DNA from: Octopus vulgaris | Taxonomy: Eukaryota | Reading direction: 5' to 3' | Length of the DNA: 64,000 nucleotides | Assembly (NCBI GenBank): GCA_951406725.2 | Contig: OX597835.1 | Span: forward strand, 35,774,001-35,838,000 | Notes under the pieces: model-generated | The model's input: only the letters and a program-made list of their open reading frames with translations | The model's database searches: none | What the model was told of the DNA's origin: nothing | Program-made: the position numbers and the translations under genes | Part shown: positions 27,491 through 41,597 of the stretch, piece after piece | How the letters are laid out: each line of letters opens with the position of its first letter | Position numbering within the stretch: position 1 is the stretch's first letter

Positions 27491-27576
27491 ATCCTTCGGT
27501 TCAATGAGTAAAACTTTACTGTACAGTATGTTTATAAACATCAAAATCTGTATCTATATGACGTGATACATAACAT

Positions 27577-27617
<41 letters not shown>

Positions 27618-27697
27618 CTATCTATATATCTATCAATATATCTGTAACTATCTACCTACCTACTTACCTACCTACATATCTATCTATCTATCCATCC

Positions 27698-27752
<55 letters not shown>

Positions 27753-27770
27753 CCTCTGTCTGTCTGTCTA

Positions 27771-27854
<84 letters not shown>

Positions 27855-27898
27855 ATTATCTATCTGTCTGCCTGTCTGCTTGACTGTCTGTCTGCCTG

Positions 27899-27937
<39 letters not shown>

Positions 27938-28125
27938 CTATCTATCTATCTATCTGGCTAACCATCTTTCAATCTAATAAATAAATAAATGCGCCCTTTT
28001 AAAGCATAGCCAGGCTCATTGGCCCACTTTCCCGGTTTCAATGGCGTATCTGTTCGCCAGCAGTCCATCGCAGCGTTACTCATTTTTGCCAGCTGAGATT
28101 TTTCTAGCATACATACATACATACA

Positions 28126-28192
<67 letters not shown>

Positions 28193-28210
28193 CATTATTA
28201 TTATTATTAC

Positions 28211-28241
<31 letters not shown>

Positions 28242-28251
28242 TCTATGTATG

Positions 28252-28294
<43 letters not shown>

Positions 28295-28302
28295 CTGTGT
28301 GT

Positions 28303-28548
28303 GGAGGCGCAATGGCCCAGTGGTTAGGGCAGCGGACTCGCGGTCGTAGGATTGCGGTCGTAGGCCGGGCATTGTGAGTGTTTATTGAGCTCCACGAGGC
28401 TCCGGCTGGGGGTGGTGATCCCTGCTGTACTCTTTCACCACTCTTTCTCCCACTCTTTCTTCTGTTGGCTAAAAACAATGCGAACGCATTGTGACCAGCG
28501 ATGTGTAACAACATCTGATGGTCTGGTCGGTCACGTGATCACGTGATA
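28303..28548 (+). mobile_element. Family 2 SINE with internal deletions
   Basis: Same head and 3' end as 11662-11972. Confidence 0.85.
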
Positions 28549-28648
28549 TATATATATATATATATATAAATACATAATATGTGCATATACATATACACAC
28601 ACGCAAATTCACAGATATATGTGTATGTATATACATGTATACACACAC

Positions 28649-28691
<43 letters not shown>

Positions 28692-29050
28692 TGTACATAT
28701 ACATAGATACATACACAAAGACACACACACACACAGACATTATTATATATTTATATGTATACATAAAATATTCGATATCGTATGCTACTTACCTTAGGCA
28801 TAAAACAGAGAAGTCTTCTACTGAAACCTCTCTGAGAAATCCCCAGAAGTTAAGGACAGAACTGATGCAAGGAGAACAGAGATAATAGTGATATGCCTGA
28901 ACATATATATATCGATAAACGTAACTCATGTATCGATAAATATAATATGAGCGTTCATCTAGGAATTAATTAACTTTGGTTAGCTTAAAACTGGTTGGAT
29001 GTGTACATACACATACATAAATATATAGCTCTATATAAACTTGTACTATA

Positions 29051-29266
<216 letters not shown>

Positions 29267-29349
29267 ATTTTAGAGATGCGTAAGTCTGTGCATTATTGCG
29301 CATATAGATGCATAAGTTTATATAAATATGTATGTATATACATGCGAAA

Positions 29350-29486
29350 GATACTTGCCTCTCAACCACATGTTTCCGAGTTCAGTCCCACTCTGTGGCA
29401 CTTTGGTCAACTGTCTTCTACTATTGCCTCGAGCCGACCGAAGGCTTGCGAGCGGATTTGGTGGAAAGAAACTGAAAGAAACCCGT

Positions 29487-29567
<81 letters not shown>

Positions 29568-29594
29568 ATGTATATATGTAGGTATGTATTTATT

Positions 29595-29625
<31 letters not shown>

Positions 29626-29691
29626 GTATATATGTATATATGTATATGTATATATATATATATGTATGTATATATCTATATATGTATATGC

Positions 29692-29754
<63 letters not shown>

Positions 29755-29918
29755 TGTGTGTGTGCGTGTCCGTGTGTTTACGTCTCCGTAACTCAACGGT
29801 TCGGCCGAAGAGACCGGTACAAATAGTCCTTGGGTCAATCTGTTCGACTAAAACCCTTTAAGGTGGTGTTCCAGCATGGCCGCAGTCCAATAACTGAAGC
29901 AAATAAAAAGAATAAAGG
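29350..29918 (+). mobile_element. Family 1 SINE with a large internal microsatellite expansion
   Basis: 5' part 29350-29488 and 3' part 29770-29918 are colinear with 24768-25409. Confidence 0.75.
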
Positions 29919-30073
29919 AAAAGAAGATTATATATGCAGACTGGAAAAGTTAAAACATAGACAGACAAACAGACAGATAGGTAGATCGGGAGAGAAAGAG
30001 AGAGGGGGAAGAGAGGGAGTTGGATAGGTAGATAGATAGACAGATATACAGAAAGGTAGATAGATAGACAGAC

Positions 30074-30160
<87 letters not shown>

Positions 30161-30357
30161 CATATTACAATATTACAATAAGACCGCACGCGAACGCTTG
30201 CGTGAATTATATTGAAAACCACTTCTAAATGAAGAAATGATGGTATTTGATCCTCCGTCGGTTTACCTGAACTTGACTATTAAATTGTACTGGAAATGGA
30301 GGAACGGTGGAAGAAGAAATAGTCGAAGTGGATAATGAATTTGGCGATGAAGATGGA

Positions 30358-30521
30358 TAACAATAATAATAATGAGATGATAATATTGATGATGATGATG
30401 ATGTGGAGGAGGAGGAGGAGGAGGAGGAGGAAGCAGAAGAGAGCAGAAGGAGGAGGAGGAGGAAGACGGGACGTGGGGAGAGCAAGACTAGAAGAAGAAA
30501 GAAAGAGTATAATAATGATGG

Positions 30522-30597
<76 letters not shown>

Positions 30598-30785
30598 AAG
30601 AAGAAGAAGAAGAAGAAGAAGACGAATAGGAAGAAGAAGAAGAAGAAGAAGAAGAAGAAGAAGAAGAAGAAAAAGAAGAAGAAAAAGAAAAGAAGAAGAA
30701 GAAGAAGAAGAAGAAGAAGAAGAAAAAGAAGAAGGAGAAGAAGAAGAAGAAGAAGAAGAAGAAGAAGAAGAAGAAGAAGAAGAAG

Positions 30786-30815
<30 letters not shown>
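30358..30815. repeat. Compound triplet tract (AAT/GAT/GAG/AAG)n
   Basis: Direct reading. Confidence 0.95.
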
Positions 30816-30816
<1 letters not shown>

Positions 30817-31189
30817 CAAAGCATCGAATTTGCAGATCATTTCTACATCCCCCGAGAAGATGAAAGGTAAAGCAGACCCTTCTGGCGCGATATGAAATCA
30901 GTTGGTTGGAAGCCGGAAAAAATTCCGCTGCAAGGCCTCGTCTTTCCATCGTTCTAAAGGAACCTTCTCCATTCACAGCCATATTGGCGACAGTGGAACA
31001 TTGGTAAACTAGAAATATTCAAACCATAAAACTTCAGGCAAGGAATATAATTTGTTTTAATTTCAATTAAAACATAAAAGTTGCAAACATCATGCCTAAA
31101 ACTGTTAAATAGGACACACAAGAACGACAACCCGTTGTCGTTTGAACTAAATTTAACACTAAGCGTTATTACAGCACAGTATGAGGCTG

Positions 31190-32742
31190 ACGGGCGGTGA
31201 GTTGGCAGATTCGATACCGTACCGGACGAAATTCTTAAAGCATTTTTTCCATCTCTTTACATTCTGAGTTCGAACTGCGCTGTAGTCCACTTTGTCTTTT
31301 ATCTTTTGTGTTTCGATAAATTATCTACCAATAAAGTATTGGAGTTGATGTAAAATTGCTGGCCATTTGTCGAAATTTAAGAAGGCTTATTAGTGTGGAG
31401 AACCGGTAGAGGTGTTAGAACATCGGAAGAAGTGTTTTACGGTCTTTGTTCTGAATTCAAACACCGTCAGGGGTCAATTTTGTCTTTCATTCGTCCGGCG
31501 TCGATAAAATAAGTACTAGTCAAGTACTGGGGTCGAAGACCAAAACTAGAAATAGTCAGAGCCCTGAAGGCGGTGAGCTAGCGGGATCGTTAACACCTCT
31601 GACAAAATGCCCTGCGGTATTCCTTTCAGTTCATTATGTTATTGGCTCAAAGATCACCGAGGTCGACTTCGCTATTCCTCATTTCGTGGGTGATTGAATT
31701 AGCATGGATCGTGTAATGGAATCGATGTCATCGACTTACTCCTCCTCTCAAAATTGCTGGTCTTATGCCAAAATTAGAAAGCGTTTAGACAGCGTCATGT
31801 GACAACTTGCTGGGGCTTCCTGCTGGAGCCTTGCAGCGGTTATTTAAAGGGAAATTTGACAAGACAGTCAGTCGCTCGCTGACACTCGTTGATGCTACAT
31901 CGAAGAGGCCAGGGAACAGAAGAAAGGAGAAAGAAGACATACACTCAACACCAAAGCTGAAGACACCTCCGAAAGCGGGGAGGGCCCCGCTGCGTCAAAA
32001 CTGTAGAGGAGTAGGGGCCGAAACCGGACTTGGTTCCTCCTGATGATGTCTTGAGCTAACTGAATCATATAAAGGAGCAGATGTGGTAGCAGACCACGAA
32101 ACATGGTTGAAATCCACAGAAGACAACGAACTGGCCGAACTGTTAGCACAAAATGTTCAAAATATTCAGCTTATTACGTAATGAGTTCAAATTTCACCCA
32201 GATCGACTTTGTTTCTTCTCTTTCGTTGGCGATAGAATAAATACGGTTCAAATACTGGGATCTATGTGATCCTCTCAGGATTGCAGGTCTTGTGCCAAAA
32301 TTAGAAAGAAGGCAGCAGGCTGGTTGATTCATTATCGCGTCGGACAAAAATGCACAGCGGTATTTCAACGGGGGTTCAAATTTCACTGAAGTCAATTTTT
32401 ATTTTTACATATTTTCGAGGTAGATGAAATTAGTACAGTCATGTACTAGTTTCTATGTCAAAAACTTGCCCTTCCTCTAAAAATTGCTGGCTTTGTGCCA
32501 AAATTAGAACGAAGTATTCGTGGGCCTGAAGGCAGCAGGCTGGCTGAATCATTATCGTGTCGGACGAAAATGCACTGCGGTATTTCTATCAACGCGGGTT
32601 CAAATTTCACTGAAGTCAATTTTTATTTTTACATCTTTTCGAGGCAGATGAAATTAGTACAGTCATGTACTGGTTTCTATGTCAAAGACTTGCCCTTCTA
32701 AAAATTGCTGGCTTTGTGCCAAAACTAGAAAGACTTATTCGC
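31190..32742 (+). mobile_element. Head-to-tail cluster of about 6 degenerate family 4-related SINE units, interrupted at ~31790-32110
   Basis: Repeated heads (GGCGGTGAG/GGCAGCAGGCTGG) and ends (AAATTGCTGG..TGCCAAAATTAGAA). Units 32309-32520 and 32529-32742 are near-identical. Confidence 0.75.
31950..32112 (+). ncRNA. Two tandem degenerate hammerhead-like cores
   Basis: accaa(ag)-CTGAAGA...GAAAC-CG-GA-C-ttggt (31950-32034), then CTGATGA-tgtct...agac(cac)-GAAAC-ATG-GT-T (32040-32108). Confidence 0.45.
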
Positions 32743-33161
32743 AGGCCAGACACATCTGGCGCGATACGAACTCAATAACAGTCTGAATAAACAACGCAAT
32801 ATCTCGTTCTTCGGTGATCAGCTACAACATTGTAATTACATTTCGGTAATGGTAAAAGGAGGGATTATACAAGAGATAATTAACTACACTAATTAACCCC
32901 CGTTCTATTACACATCTTATTATCGTCTAGCGATCGAAACATTTACATAATTACGAGCAATTACAATTAAATGCAGGATAAAGTTAATAGTCACACTAAC
33001 CGTTGCTTGCAATAATCCCTTTCATTCTGGGATGACTGTGATATTAATTAAGACCTAAATGTAAATGTTATTGGTATCATGGTATCGGTGTGTTTTTGTT
33101 GTGTTTAGACATGTAAAAGACAAAAGCAGCTACTTAATTAATAGGTTGCGTAGGAGAGGAC

Positions 33162-33199
<38 letters not shown>

Positions 33200-33220
33200 G
33201 TACATGCATAGGTAGATAAA

Positions 33221-33251
<31 letters not shown>

Positions 33252-33377
33252 GATAGATAGATAGATAGATAGATAGATATACACACAAGGGAATATTTGT
33301 CTATATATCTATCTATCTATCTATCTATCAATTTACCAATCTCTCTATTTGTCATATATATGGGAATATATATATAC

Positions 33378-33408
<31 letters not shown>

Positions 33409-33533
33409 TATATATATGGATATGTAGAGAGATACGTATGTGTATTTATATATATGTATTTATGTATGCATATATATATATATACATACATACATACATA
33501 CATACATACATACATACATACACATACACACAC

Positions 33534-33582
<49 letters not shown>

Positions 33583-34103
33583 TACGTATGTGTGTTTATA
33601 TATATGTATTTTTGTATGCATATATATATATATATATCACGTATGTATGTATATATATATATACATACGCGCATATACACATACACACACACATACATAC
33701 ATACATACATACATATACATGCATATCGAAATGCGCGCATGTGTGTGCATGTGTACGTATGTGTGAATGTGTTCCAGTATGTATTATAGGTCCATTATAT
33801 TACTTTTCTTTACTTCGTTAACAAGGATCCGGAGAAGAAGAAAAAAATAGATGGAGCAACCAGCATTACTATTATTTCGTATGTTTCTCCAAAATGGTTA
33901 AGATTGATGAAAGTGGTTGATACACAGTTTGAACACCGGCATGTTGATACTTGTATTAACAGACGTGGCTGTGTGGTAAGATTCTTGTTTTCCGGGTTCA
34001 GTCCCATTTCATGGCACCTTGGGCAAGGGGTTTCTCGTATAGCCACTAGCCGACCAAAACCTTGTGAATGGATTTGTTAGAGAGAATCTTTAAGAAACCT
34101 GCC

Positions 34104-34145
<42 letters not shown>

Positions 34146-34196
34146 TTTCGTAATGAGATAAAAAAAACCAAGGCTGTGTAGATCCTTTATAGATAG

Positions 34197-34244
34197 GTCT
34201 TACAGCAGTTTCCAGGATATTTATTATATCCCTTCATCGGAGAC
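34197..34244 (-). ncRNA. Compact type I hammerhead
   Basis: Minus strand reads gtct-CCGATGA-a-gggatat(aataa)atatcct-g-GAAAC-TGCT-GT-A-agac: 4-bp stem I, 7-bp stem II, GUA triplet. Confidence 0.7.
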
Positions 34245-35461
34245 GGTGTGAGAGGATGGTTAAGTAATAGTTAATTTAGATAAGATACAAAATAGAGAGT
34301 GAGGTGGAGGAGAGGATATAGGTGTGAGATGTGTAGGGATATTGTATTTGTAGATCCAAGTTTTAGGCAGAGTGGTATACAAATAATATTCCAATACCTT
34401 ATGAGTAAAATATATACATACATAAGAATATAAAAAATGGGACAAGAACGCAACAGGCGATAACAAAATATCCAGACAGTCAGATGATACAAAAAGGGAC
34501 AAGAAAAAACAAGGACGGGTCATTCGGATTTGTCTTTCGTCAGTCGAGTTCCAAAGTATCTTTGCAGTTTCGGCTATATATGTACATATATATATCATAC
34601 ATACGACAAAGTAATATTTTGAACGCAGTTTAGCAATGATAACAGCAGAAACATTGGACATTTTACCACTTATAAGATGAAAAAAAAAGTTTTCAGTGGA
34701 CAGCTAGGGATACCAGTTGAGCATGCTACCAATTAAAGTAAACTGCTCGCTGACAACTATATGAGTGAAATTAAACACTTAATACACAGCTTCTACGGAA
34801 ATTCAACAGCATACAGGATTGGCCAAAAGTCACCCGACAGTAAATCAAAATTCCATATACTTGATATTCAACTTTATTCATTCCAATTATGAATGTTTAA
34901 TAATTGAATGCTGTGAGTTAAAACCACAGATTTTTTTTTATATTTCAGTATTTATCTATTTAGTAGCGATGTCTCATAAAATAATTTTGTATTTTAATCT
35001 TGGTAATAAATGGGTTTTGATTTATAGTCAGAAGACTTTTGGCCAACCTTGTATGTGAATAGACTTTTTTTATATTTTGTTTCTAGAAGCGTCGAATGTG
35101 TATCGTATCATACAGACGAGAAAGTAATATTTCGAACACAGTGTAGTCATGAAAACAGCAGAAGAATTGGCCATTTTATCCTTTTATATTTCTTTTGTTC
35201 TTTTATTCTTTTATTTGTTTCACTCATCTGACTAGGGTCATGCTGGAGTACCGTCTTTAGTCAAGCAAATCGAACCCGCGACTTATTTTTGTAAGCCTAG
35301 TACTAATTCTATCGGTCTCTCTTGCTGAAGCGCTAAGTGAGGGGGACGTAAGCATACCAGCATAGGTTGTATTGGAATCTGATCGGATACACACCCTGGC
35401 ACTTACGCTCTCTCTTAACACGTCTGTTTAGCATTTAGGTCAGTGCTATTGCGTGTGTGTA

Positions 35462-35492
<31 letters not shown>

Positions 35493-36464
35493 GCCATTAC
35501 TTTCTACATATGTGTCTCTAGTTGCCCACAAGCAAGTACGGACATATATTCACTTATAGAATGTATATGTTTGTATGTATATAGATACAGACAGAAAAAT
35601 AGATGTAGGTATATATGTGTATGCCCGTCTATATGTGTATGTATGTATGTATATATATATGAGTGTGTGTGTGTGTGTATGTATATGTATCTGTGTGTGT
35701 GTGCATTAGTATTTTATGTGTGTCTGTAGGTACGCTCAATACAATCTACCAGGTGTGTATTTATATATATATATATGTATATATACTCATTAAAATGTTG
35801 TGTGTATATAGATATATAAGGACGTGTCTGTGTATGTGTAAAATAATATGCATATGCATATATGCGCGTGTGTGTGTGTTCGTGTGTGTGTGTGTGTTTG
35901 TCTGTATCAGAGTGTGTAGACTTCTCTGTACGTTTATATCGATGTTTGGTCGAGTGGTGCTAGACTGGTCAAAGTAACCGTGAACAGGTCACTAACTAGA
36001 AGCAAGAGAGCTTGTGAGAGAGACTGAGAGAGAGAGGAGAAGAGGGAGAGGGAGAGAGGTAGAGAGAGGGAGAGAGGGAGAGAGAAAGCAAAACAATGGA
36101 AATGATCCACAGTTCTTCAGATTTCCAAAATATCTGGTCAGTATCTTGTCCAGTGATTTTCGCAAGGTCCAATCCGATCAACAAGTACCTATTGAGTAGG
36201 CTAAGGACATCTCAAGGATCATTGTCCCACGAACTTTTGTGTTCGTTAACACGGATTTCGTAAGCTCTCTATCTCAGTATACACACTCCAGTCTTCACTA
36301 CCCATTCTACACTCATTCATTATATACACCCACTTTACATCCTCTTCGATAATTCTTCTCCCCACCCGACCCTTATATTTCCTTTTCTGATTTTCTGTTG
36401 TTTTTTTTCTTATTTAATTTCCTTTTCTTCCTTCTACTGTTTATCGTTATTGATATCATCCTTC

Positions 36465-36992
36465 TTATCGTCAACATCATCGCCGCCGCTGTTGCCGTCA
36501 TCATTATCATCATCATCATCATCATCATCACCACCATCACCATCACCACCACCTCCACCACCACCACCATCATCATTATCATACTCATCATAATCATTTT
36601 CATCAGCATCATCATATATCATCATCATCATCATCATCATACTTACTATCATCATTACCATCATCATCACCATTATGATCATGATCGTTATTTTAGTCAT
36701 CATCTTCAACATTGATAACGAAGATGGTCATCATCAGCATCATCCCCATTATCATATTCATCATTATCATCATTGTCATCATCGCCATCGGCATCGTCGT
36801 CACATCATCACCACCATCACTGCCGCAACCATCACCATCACCACCACCACCACCACCCACACCATCACCACCATCACCACCACCATCATCATTTCCACAA
36901 TCACCGCCACCACCAACATCACCCACATCATCACCACCATCATCATATCCATCAACATTATTAACACGAGCATCATCATCATCATCATCACC
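36465..36992. repeat. Degenerate (CAT/CAC)n triplet mosaic
   Basis: Direct reading. Confidence 0.9.
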
Positions 36993-37245
36993 CCTCACCG
37001 CCAGCTACTTCTCCTCCACTTCCTTGTCGATCTCCTTCTTCTCGTCCCCCCTTTCAGTCCATCTGTCCGTCACCCTACCTGTCATTTATCTATATCCTTC
37101 TAGCTGTCCAACGAAACCCCTTTTTCCTTTCGCCCAACCCTTTCACTCAGAAATTCTTCCCTCCTCCGGCCATGATCTAGAGATCATGCTAAGTGCCAGG
37201 AACACCACAATATTTGCTGTTCAATACGAAAAACAACGGCGCACA

Positions 37246-37283
<38 letters not shown>

Positions 37284-37580
37284 TGCACACTGACACACAC
37301 AAACGCTCACACACACACACACACAAACGCTCACACACATAGATATATACAGCTAAGTCATGTATAAATAAGAATACAGTTATCGTTGAAGTGTGTGCAC
37401 GGCTCTCTTCACATTAAGAGGAACTCAGGTTACAAATTGCCTTGTTGAGATTGAGAATAACGCGTGTATGTCTGTGTCTGTGTCCGTCGTGTATGCATAT
37501 ATACGCACGCAGGCACATACACACACGCTCACAGACACTCATATGCATATATAAGTATGTATGTGAAGTATATTAAAACT

Positions 37581-37634
<54 letters not shown>

Positions 37635-37652
37635 CCATCTATCTATCTGTTA

Positions 37653-37758
<106 letters not shown>

Positions 37759-37801
37759 GTATATCTACATACATACTTATGTATATATATATGCATATGT
37801 A

Positions 37802-37854
<53 letters not shown>

Positions 37855-37925
37855 GTATATATATATATATACATATACATGTATGTATATATATATATAT
37901 ATGTACATATATATACATATACATG

Positions 37926-37961
<36 letters not shown>

Positions 37962-38377
37962 TGTGTGTGTGTGTGTGTAAAGGTGCAGGCTTGGCTGTGT
38001 GGCAATAACTTTGCTTCCCAACAAAAATGTCTCTGGATTCAATCTCAATACGTGGCAGCTTGTGAGTGGATTTGGTAGACAGAGTCTGAAAGAAGTCCGC
38101 TGTATATATATACGTATAGTTCAAATGTACAGCAAGCAAAAGGTCAAGACAGGTGAACGAACAACAGGCAGGTGTAATAGTTTAACGATCGGGAAAACTG
38201 GAAATGTCTTCTACGTTTCAAGTCTACGCTCTTCCACGGTAAGTATTAAGGGGGGAAATGGAGTGAAAAGGAAAAAAAACTGATAAAAATTGTGCAGGGT
38301 TCAACCGTCTAACATGGTGCGATGACTGGAAAATGAGATTGAATGAAAGGGAGATAATCATCATCATCATCATCATC

Positions 38378-38420
<43 letters not shown>

Positions 38421-38466
38421 TAGTAATAATAATGATGATGATGATGATGATGATGATGATAATAAC

Positions 38467-38509
<43 letters not shown>

Positions 38510-39369
38510 TTAATAATAATAATAAAAATAACGGTAAAGGTAATGGTGATCCTAACGAACCTAGGTGCGCAAGCGTGTGTGTATGAAAGAATGGTGTATA
38601 TGAGTGTGCATGTGTGAATGGGGGGGTGGTGAGTGAGTCAAAAGTATATGTGCAGTGTGTAGCAGTTGATGTGTGTTTTGTTTAGGTGGTGTGTGCACAT
38701 GTGTGTGTGTGTGTGTATGACCAAATAGTGTGCATATGTATATTTGCAGGCGAAAGTTATCTTTGTCTATTTGTTTTGCGTGCCTTTATACGTGTTGCGC
38801 GTGTGTGTATATGTTGTCTGTGTTCAGGTATTATGTGCTCGTATGCGTGCGGGAGTTTGCATGATAGTGTGTGGTGTGTGTACTAAGTTAAACTGTGTGT
38901 GTGTGAATCCTCGTATAGTGGTATGTGTGGTGACGTTATTAAAGATTGTGTAGGGTGGGTGGATAATGAGGTGTGGTATAGGTGCTGAGAAGTGTTCGGT
39001 GCTAGGTGTTTGTAGGTGTGTGTGTATACTGGTGTGTAAAGTGAGTAATGAGTTGAACAATATGTATGGGTGTTTGTATAGTGGTGTGTACGTGTGGTGA
39101 GGGTACCGAGGTAGGCGGTATATAGGTGTGTAGGTGGATGAGTGAATTGGATGAGGGATGTGTGTGGGAATCCGTGTGGTTTTGAAGAGATGAAGAGAGG
39201 TAGTGAATCTAGTCCATGTCTGAGACACACTTTCCTATTTTGAGCTTCCTGTTTGTCATAAATCCTTTTATTGTAAAAGCCTCGAAATGCTATTCTCTGG
39301 AACTCTCTACCATCGTCTTGTTTTTGAATTCAGAATCAATTTGTAAAAATGGTGTTTCCTCTCCTTTCT

Positions 39370-39528
39370 TATTTCTTATTTCTTTACTGCCCACAAGGGC
39401 TACACACAAAGGGGACAAACAAGGACAGACAAATGGATTAAGTCGATTATATCGATCCCAGTGCGTAACTGGTACTTATTTAATCAACCCCAAAAGGATG
39501 AAAGGTAAAGTTGACCTCGGCGGAATTA
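39370..39528 (-). mobile_element. 5'-truncated family 4 SINE with a 12-bp target-site duplication
   Basis: Reverse complement of the family 4 3' half, flanked by CCTCTCCTTTCT at 39358-39369 and 39529-39540. Confidence 0.85.
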
Positions 39529-40095
39529 CCTCTCCTTTCTACTGAGTTGGTGTCTTGGACTTGTCATAGAAATGTATCTTCATTATGCATTTTCTCTAAA
39601 TATTTCCATGGTCATTGTTTTGATGAACTTTCTGGTTTAAGATATTCCGTCAAGACCTTGAAACCTCTCACGCACTTTTCCTCCTTGGCGCATCGTTTCT
39701 CTGTAGAGTTTCCTGTTAGTCATAGGTCCTTTTTATTCTAAAAGCTTCTTTCCTCAAACTGCTGCTCTCGGGAACTCACTACAATCATCTTGCTTTCAAA
39801 TTCAGAATCGAGTCGTTACCATTGTGGTCCCTCTTCTTTCTACTAGGCTGGAGTTTGGGGCTCATCATCGAAATATATCTTCGTCGTGTCTTTTCTACAC
39901 GTATTTTCATAGTCATTGTTTTAATACACTTTCTGATCCTGTACCCTTTAAACGTGATACCAACTTCTCTTCCCTGTAATATATTTTCTCTGTTGAGCTT
40001 CCTGTTTGCCATAATACCTTTTATTCTAATAACTTCTTTCCTCAAAATCCCCTCTCTCTGGATCCCACCTACCATTGTCTTGTTTTCCTCTAAAT

Positions 40096-40317
40096 CAAGG
40101 GTTCTCAACCATTTTTTCTTTACATGTGGACCCTTTTGATAATAAGTTTTAAATTTGTGGACCCCATAGCCATTCGATGATTAAAGACTACGTTTATAGA
40201 TACTTCTTTAAAAAAAACTATCATGGATCCACAATTTGTTATTTGGTTGTGTGAACCCCCAGAAATCTTATATGCCCCCCCCCCCGGGAGAATTTGGACG
40301 TTGGTTGAGAGCCACTA
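40096..40317. mobile_element. hAT-type MITE
   Basis: TIRs CAAGGGTTCTCAACC / GGTTGAGAGCCACTA; 8-bp TSD-like CTCTAAAT / CTCTAGAC; internal GTGGACCCC subrepeats. Confidence 0.75.
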
Positions 40318-40834
40318 CTCTAGACTAAGATATGCAGTCCTTTAAGCTTTCCGTCAATCGATATCTTTCGAATTTTTAGGTCCCTTCCTTTCTTCCTTTG
40401 TAGTTCTTTACTCTACAATGACGCAACTCCTTGTTTGAGACACCATGTGTATACATATAATTGGATGTATATTTGAATTCATATTTGTCTTTCACCACCA
40501 TCAAAATTGCTTGACAGTCGGTATCGTTTTGTTTACATTCCTATAAGATAAAAGTGACTGATGGAGTAAGTACCAGACAACCAAGAAAATAAATACTGGG
40601 GTTGATTTTTCAACGAAACCCTTCACGTCGGTGCCCCAGCACGGCCGTAATTCAATGACTGACACAAGTAAATATTAACAGATGAAAAATATATATAAAA
40701 CTGTGCACATTTGTATAAGAAATACAGTGTTTGTGTGTATATGTACTGGAATAGTAGGGACGGCATAGGCATATAGAAGAATATTTTGGGTACATGTATT
40801 GTTTTAGAGATTGTATTTGATACAAAATACATGC

Positions 40835-40876
<42 letters not shown>

Positions 40877-41536
40877 ATGTGATATTTTAGCTATGTAAGC
40901 CATAAGATGTAAATGTGTATAGAAAGTGTTCATAAGGTATGGGTGTGAATGCGCACAATAGAAATGACTCTATATTAAATAATAATTATAGTGTGTAAAA
41001 ATTGTCACGTGTTCATAGCACGTATGTATCCAAGTATATATCGGTGTGCGTATACATGCACGTAGAGGATAAAATACTGGTGCGTATATGTGAATAAGAT
41101 ATATTTATAGTGTTTGAGTACATATACAGAGTGTATACGAGATTTAGGTGTGTATGTGTGTTTGTGTGTGTGTATATATGTATATATATATACGCATGAC
41201 ATTGGATACAAGGATAAATGATACATAGTCTGTGCAGATATAACACACATATTCTGTGGATTTGTATGGGTCTGTATGAGTTTATGTATGTGTGTGTGCA
41301 CTTGTGTATGTGTGTCTGTGTAGATGCTTGTTTTTGTATGTGCGTATGCGTTTGTGTGTGCTTGTGTGTGCATTTATACGTTTGCATGCATACGTAAGAT
41401 AACAAGATATATATATGTATCTGTGTGTGTATGTATATATGTATGTATATACACATATATAAGACGTATGCGTATATATAAATGTACCTATATGAGAAAA
41501 AAAGAAAGAGAAAATCGACATAGATGAAAATGTATA

Positions 41537-41597
<61 letters not shown>

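Noticed and set aside
31190-32742. CRISPR-like or tRNA-array interpretation of the periodic units
   Set aside because: Units are ~200-bp diverged SINE copies with no repeat-spacer structure; the context is eukaryotic
33221-33280. (CTAT)n(ATAG)n palindrome
   Set aside because: Simple microsatellite strand switch, trivial in this context
36434-37293. His/Pro/Thr-rich ORFs resembling extensin or His-rich proteins
   Set aside because: Degenerate (CAT/CAC)n mosaic open in several frames on both strands, with no splice or codon evidence
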